DNA from: Dicyema japonicum
Taxonomy: Eukaryota; Animalia; Dicyemida
NCBI GenBank assembly: GCA_011109175.1
Contig: RDEW01000020.1
Coordinates: 490,514-554,513, forward strand
Reading direction: 5' to 3'
DNA length: 64,000 nucleotides
How positions within the stretch are numbered: position 1 is the stretch's first letter; every line of letters starts with the position of its first letter. The notes under the pieces are model-generated. The model had not been told where the DNA came from, ran no database searches, and saw only the letters and a list, made by a program, of their open reading frames with translations. This document shows, piece after piece, positions 59,969 to 64,000 of this stretch. The position numbers and the translations under genes were made by a program.

Positions 59969-60495
59969 ATGGTTTGTTACGCTTTGACTTTTTTCCTTTA
60001 TAGGCCACAAGATTAAAGAAATCGAGGAACTTGAGAGGACACGTGAGTCATGGACACGGTAGAGTGGGTATGGAGGATACATTAAAAATAAGGCAAACAT
60101 CGAAAGCATCCTGGAGGACGTGGAAAGGCTGGTGGATTAACTCACCACCGAGCATACTTTGACAAATAGTAATTTTAAATATAAAACCAGTCACCCTGGA
60201 TACTTTGGGAAGGTGGGAATGCGTAAATTCCACACTTTGAAGCATCATAAGATCATGCCTACCACGAATGTAGGGAATCTGTGGTCAATGGTCCCCGAGA
60301 ATGAGAGGTCTGCTAATTTTCCAGTGGTTGACCTGTGCAGGAAAGTACTAGTCGGCGTAATTTTAGGGATATTTCAAACTCCTTGGAAGTGGGGATGCCC
60401 CTCCCAGGCCCCTCATTGTGAAGGCCCTCAGTTTTAGTCAGTCTGCTGTTCGTAAAATCAAAGAGGCCAAGGGAGTCTGTCTCATTAAGTGTTGA
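59969..60495 (+). CDS. RPL27A: 60S ribosomal protein L27a (uL15), 5 exons
   Basis: Spliced [37 protein letters not shown]...[12 protein letters not shown]...GYFKLLGSG; introns 59972-60003, 60068-92, 60169-90 and 60345-66. Confidence 0.97.
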
Positions 60496-60619
60496 TTTTT
60501 GATTCTGTTTTGATTTCCACTTTTATTTTAATATTTTATTTATTGGAGACTAAGAATCACCATTAAATTAGGGGAAAGAAAAAGTGACCATAGCTGATGT
60601 TACTTATTTTCAGAAACCT

Positions 60620-61420
60620 CCTTATTTTTGTTGTGTGTTACTTACAAGATCCAACACACAGACATTGTATTTGAAAATCAAATTTCCAGCCAGAGTTCAC
60701 AATAAGGAGATAAGAATTAATGATCATATACAAACTCCGACCAGTGGTAGCCACTTAGGTGAAATAAACCTATTACCCGATCTACTAACTAGGATCTCGA
60801 AGGGGGCAATGTCAACAAAAGACGAAAACTTATTAATAGTTTTAATTACCGAGGATTTCGTGAATTCGATTTTGTTTAACTGCGTTTTTGGTGGTGTTCC
60901 AGTCGTTATAACCGTAGATAATGATTTGTGCTATTGAGCACAGAAGAGAATGAGGTTGGGTCCGGCATAGTGTAATGTTTCGGACATGAGCCCGGAGTAG
61001 GAATATACATGTTTATAATATATATACTTCCTTTTGTTGTGCCAACAGATATTCCGATTATCTCCGTGGTTTCATCACTTCGAGTGTATGATCCTCATAC
61101 TTTAGGCCTTTTCTGATTAATGTAAGTAGTCCTCCACGTTTCTTAGTGCGATGGCACGTATTATGTCGCGACTGTTACTTGCAACTATGCGCTACCTGCA
61201 ATATCGATTTTTAATAAAATTAATATTTTATCTTACTAAAAATTAAAATTTTAGTCCAAAAGAACAATTTTTGTAGATTCAAAAAATCGATATTGCAGGT
61301 AGCGCATAGTTGCAAGTAGCAGTCGCGACATATTAAACTCAAAGTTGACATCGTGCTCATCCGAGAATCGAAGCTATCAGCAAAAGATACTACGCCCGTT
61401 TTCCCGGATACAACATAATA
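60620..61420 (-). mobile_element. Ingi/Vingi-like APE fragment with inverted N-terminal piece
   Basis: Minus strand: KRGGLLTLIRKG..INMYIPTPGSCP. Plus strand at 61336-61420: LKVDIVLIRESKLS..PVFPGYN. Confidence 0.7.
61164..61330. mobile_element. 167-bp MITE with ~50-bp TIRs, TGT..ACA termini and TATTA TSD (Ginger-like)
   Basis: TGTCGCGACTG..ATCGATTTTT / AAAAATCGAT..CAGTCGCGACA; TATTA at 61159-63 and 61331-35. Confidence 0.88.
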
Positions 61421-61543
61421 ATCAGAGTTCTAAGTTTAATAATTTTTTTTTAATTCCGTTCACATTTAGTTGTATAACAGAGATCCGGTCGTCAAATAAC
61501 TTAGCGTATTTATTAGTTAATAAAACAATCATTTAATTACTAA

Positions 61544-62229
61544 GCGGATGGAACTACGCAATAGTGAATGTTGGAGGAAAACCGTAAAGCTTGGCTCTCT
61601 TCACGGAGACTCCGAAGACATTGCAAGAAGAAAATTGTTATCTACGGTTACTATGCAAAAACTTATGAAATGTTGGATAAGAAAATGCTCGGTCGGGCCA
61701 TCACTCCGACTCAGATTGTATGAGGCGTTCGTGAGGCCCATACTAACATACAACTCTGGGACGTGGGGAATTTCGAAAACGGACGAACAAAACCTTGACT
61801 CCTTTCACAGAAGGCAACTTCGGTCTCTCTTGGGACTAAAGTGGCCAATGCGTGTAGGGAGTGAAAATTTATATAGAAGATGCGGTTCCGGACCTCTGAG
61901 CACCATGATCATGAAGGCTCGCTGGAGATTGTTTGGCCATATTCTCAGATTGGAACAAGACACGCCAGCAAACGTCGTCATGGAAGAATACTTCGAAACG
62001 TCAGGGGAGAAGTTCAGAGGTCGTCCAAGAATAACTCTTCCGGAAGTCCTTAATGGTGACCTGAGATCAGTAACCAGACTACTAAAGGACGGTGAAGACC
62101 TTAGTAGTCTGCGGCACTTGGCATCGGACAGGAGGGGATGGGAAAGGCTAATTAAGAGGATTGTTCAGACGCGGCACGAATAGAATTATAGTTTATATGA
62201 TTCTATGTAGTTGCTTATAATAATAATAA
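61544..62229 (+). mobile_element. 5'-truncated RTE with intact C-terminal frame, (TAA)n tail and 10-bp TSD
   Basis: ORF 61548-62183; TSD TAATTACTAA at 61534-43 and 62230-39. Confidence 0.92.
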
Positions 62230-62254
62230 TAATTACTAATTATTCAATTAGTTC

Positions 62255-62585
62255 CCGCCAATATAATTAACGTTGCTCTCACGATAACAACAGAGAACAA
62301 TTTGACAAGCCACTGGGTCTCACGTACGTCGTGGCTTTTCAGGGCAACCAGAAGTCCCAGTCTTTAGAGAAAATGAAACGATTTCTCCCCTTATTCATCC
62401 AGTTATATCAACCACAACGCTATGGAGCGTGACCCAGTCCAAGATCCCTTCGTATTTATCCTTCTTGTCCTTCTCTGTTTCTTTAGCGTTATGTAATGTG
62501 TCTACCGCACTCCCGATGATGTTTGAAGGACATAGTCGATACATGTAGCATATCATACCAATGGTTTTCCCTCCTCTAACGGATA
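62255..62585 (-). mobile_element. CRE-like 3' fragment
   Basis: Homologous to 29135-29480. Confidence 0.7.
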
Positions 62586-63889
62586 GTTAAATTGACCATG
62601 AATTTGACTAATTACAATTATTTAACTATTCAACACAAAATATAGCTGTGAACTAAGTAAACTAAGTGCTAGTAATTAATAATTTTCATGTGTTCCTCAA
62701 GATAGATATCCTTACTTTCGAAATTAGGCAGACCTTCTACAGAAACGGTCATATATTCAATGTTCCCTTAATCTATTAATTAACATTGAATGAAAAATTG
62801 CAAAGTTTACTGATAAACATTTATTATTTATTTTATTATTAACCCAAAAAAACCAATGTTAATTTCTTGAAATTAATTAGTTGATCCCGACAATCCTGAT
62901 GAGCTTTCTTAGCTTCTCCCGATGTTGGACTTTTGACCCAACACAGTCACGGTACGGGCGGGGGACAGTGTTCGTGAGAAAACCAACTGGGGTGATGTGC
63001 TTTTGGAAACTGATTGACACAGGACGGTCTGTCGACGACAGGTCCTGCTGAAGGGTCCAAAGTTAACTGATAAACATTGTATGGTTAACTGATAAATATG
63101 GTATTTTTGTCAATTAAGTCAAAGTTTTATGTTTATTAAATTAAATATTAAATTTAAATTTATTAAAATTGATGTTGTTTAGTAAGAATATTGTAATATT
63201 TATTAGATGGGAGTATGTAATTCGAAAAAATTACTTAAATTATTTTCTTCAAAGCGTACAGACTCAGCCAAGAATGCCTATTATAGAAATTTTTATAACA
63301 GTATGTTATCATTTACCAAATAGCTCAAAAAATCATAAAACGAAGATCTACTGATTGCGTAATTTGTTTGGGCTCTTTCCATATGGGCTCTACTGCAGCC
63401 AGACTTCCCTGTATGTGTCTCTTCCACGTTGAGTAGTCATATTTAATGTATTGAGGTGTATTTGTGGTTGGTTTGATAAAAAGATTAGTTGCCCTCTCCA
63501 TTATGACTCTAAGTTGTCCCAGTTGACTGTCCCTTATGATTAGCATATTTTGTATAATAAATTATATTTATGACTAAACTCTACTAGAGTATTCTGTTTT
63601 ATTGGATTAGTAGTTAACCACGTGCTTTTGTTAACCCACCACACGGATACTCAACTTTTCTGGTTTCCTACAAGATTCTCCTTCCGTGGTCATAGAATGA
63701 TCATGCTGTTTCCGGAGGTGTCTGTTTTGTTCCTATGGGCTGATTATGAGGGACAAGCATCAGCACGTGTCAAAGATTGCTTAAGTTGATTGTTGGGATC
63801 TTCAAAGAAGCACAGGATTCCACGGTTGTCTTTTATTGTGACGATTAAGAGAGGACTATGTTGAGGGTAGACTTTTGAATTAGTCGTAG

Positions 63890-64000
63890 TTATTATTATT
63901 ATTACCCCCAGGATCACTGGGTCAAAGAGAAAGAAATAAAAGGTCTCATCTAACTAAGTGATCCCAGACCGACAAAGGTGAGGACGAGTCCGGCGGGGTC
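63890..64000 (-). mobile_element. 3' end of an Ingi/Vingi-like LINE running out of the window
   Basis: The reverse strand reads TGGGATCACTTAGTTAG...GGGGG(TAA)n, matching the 23336 terminus motif. Confidence 0.6.

Noticed and set aside
60159-60437. 92-aa ORF from the track as a stand-alone gene
   Set aside because: It is exon 4 of RPL27A read through the flanking introns.
1-64000. Prokaryotic or viral system (retron, DGR, group II intron)
   Set aside because: All RTs have non-LTR APE or RLE context, often with tails and TSDs, and the host genes have spliceosomal introns.

Overview
AT-rich eukaryotic genomic DNA from an animal, dominated by nested and fragmented transposable elements, with five host genes. 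The host genes are an MTPAP-like poly(A) polymerase, TTC12, a protocadherin-like gene, a divergent proteasome beta subunit and RPL27A. Their GT-AG introns, where I resolved them, are mostly 22-32 nt. A cadherin, a ciliary TTC12 and such tiny introns fit a highly reduced ciliated animal such as a dicyemid; this is inference and cannot be proved from the window. The TEs include: a near-intact two-ORF APE-RT LINE (gag-knuckle ORF1); single-ORF Ingi/Vingi-like LINEs; RTE LINEs; PHD-finger CRE-like and R4-like restriction-like-endonuclease (RLE) elements; a tRNA-derived SINE; MITEs; and hAT, pogo and Ginger-like remnants. The most interesting signals are: (1) an Ingi/Vingi-like LINE whose 5' leader folds into a covarying HDV-ribozyme-like pseudoknot and reads in frame through a 2A StopGo motif into the endonuclease, plus at least five roughly 200-280 bp non-autonomous derivatives carrying the same RNA fold; (2) an RTE with a textbook twin-priming 5' inversion and a 14-bp TSD; (3) a candidate -1 ribosomal frameshift signal, a second HDV-like fold and a natural D205G-type endonuclease substitution in the two-ORF LINE; (4) CRE-like elements with an N-terminal PHD finger; (5) a SINE-mediated inversion recorded by an inverted TSD. 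Family assignments come from motif recognition by eye; no searches or folding programs were run. Boundaries without TSD support are approximate.
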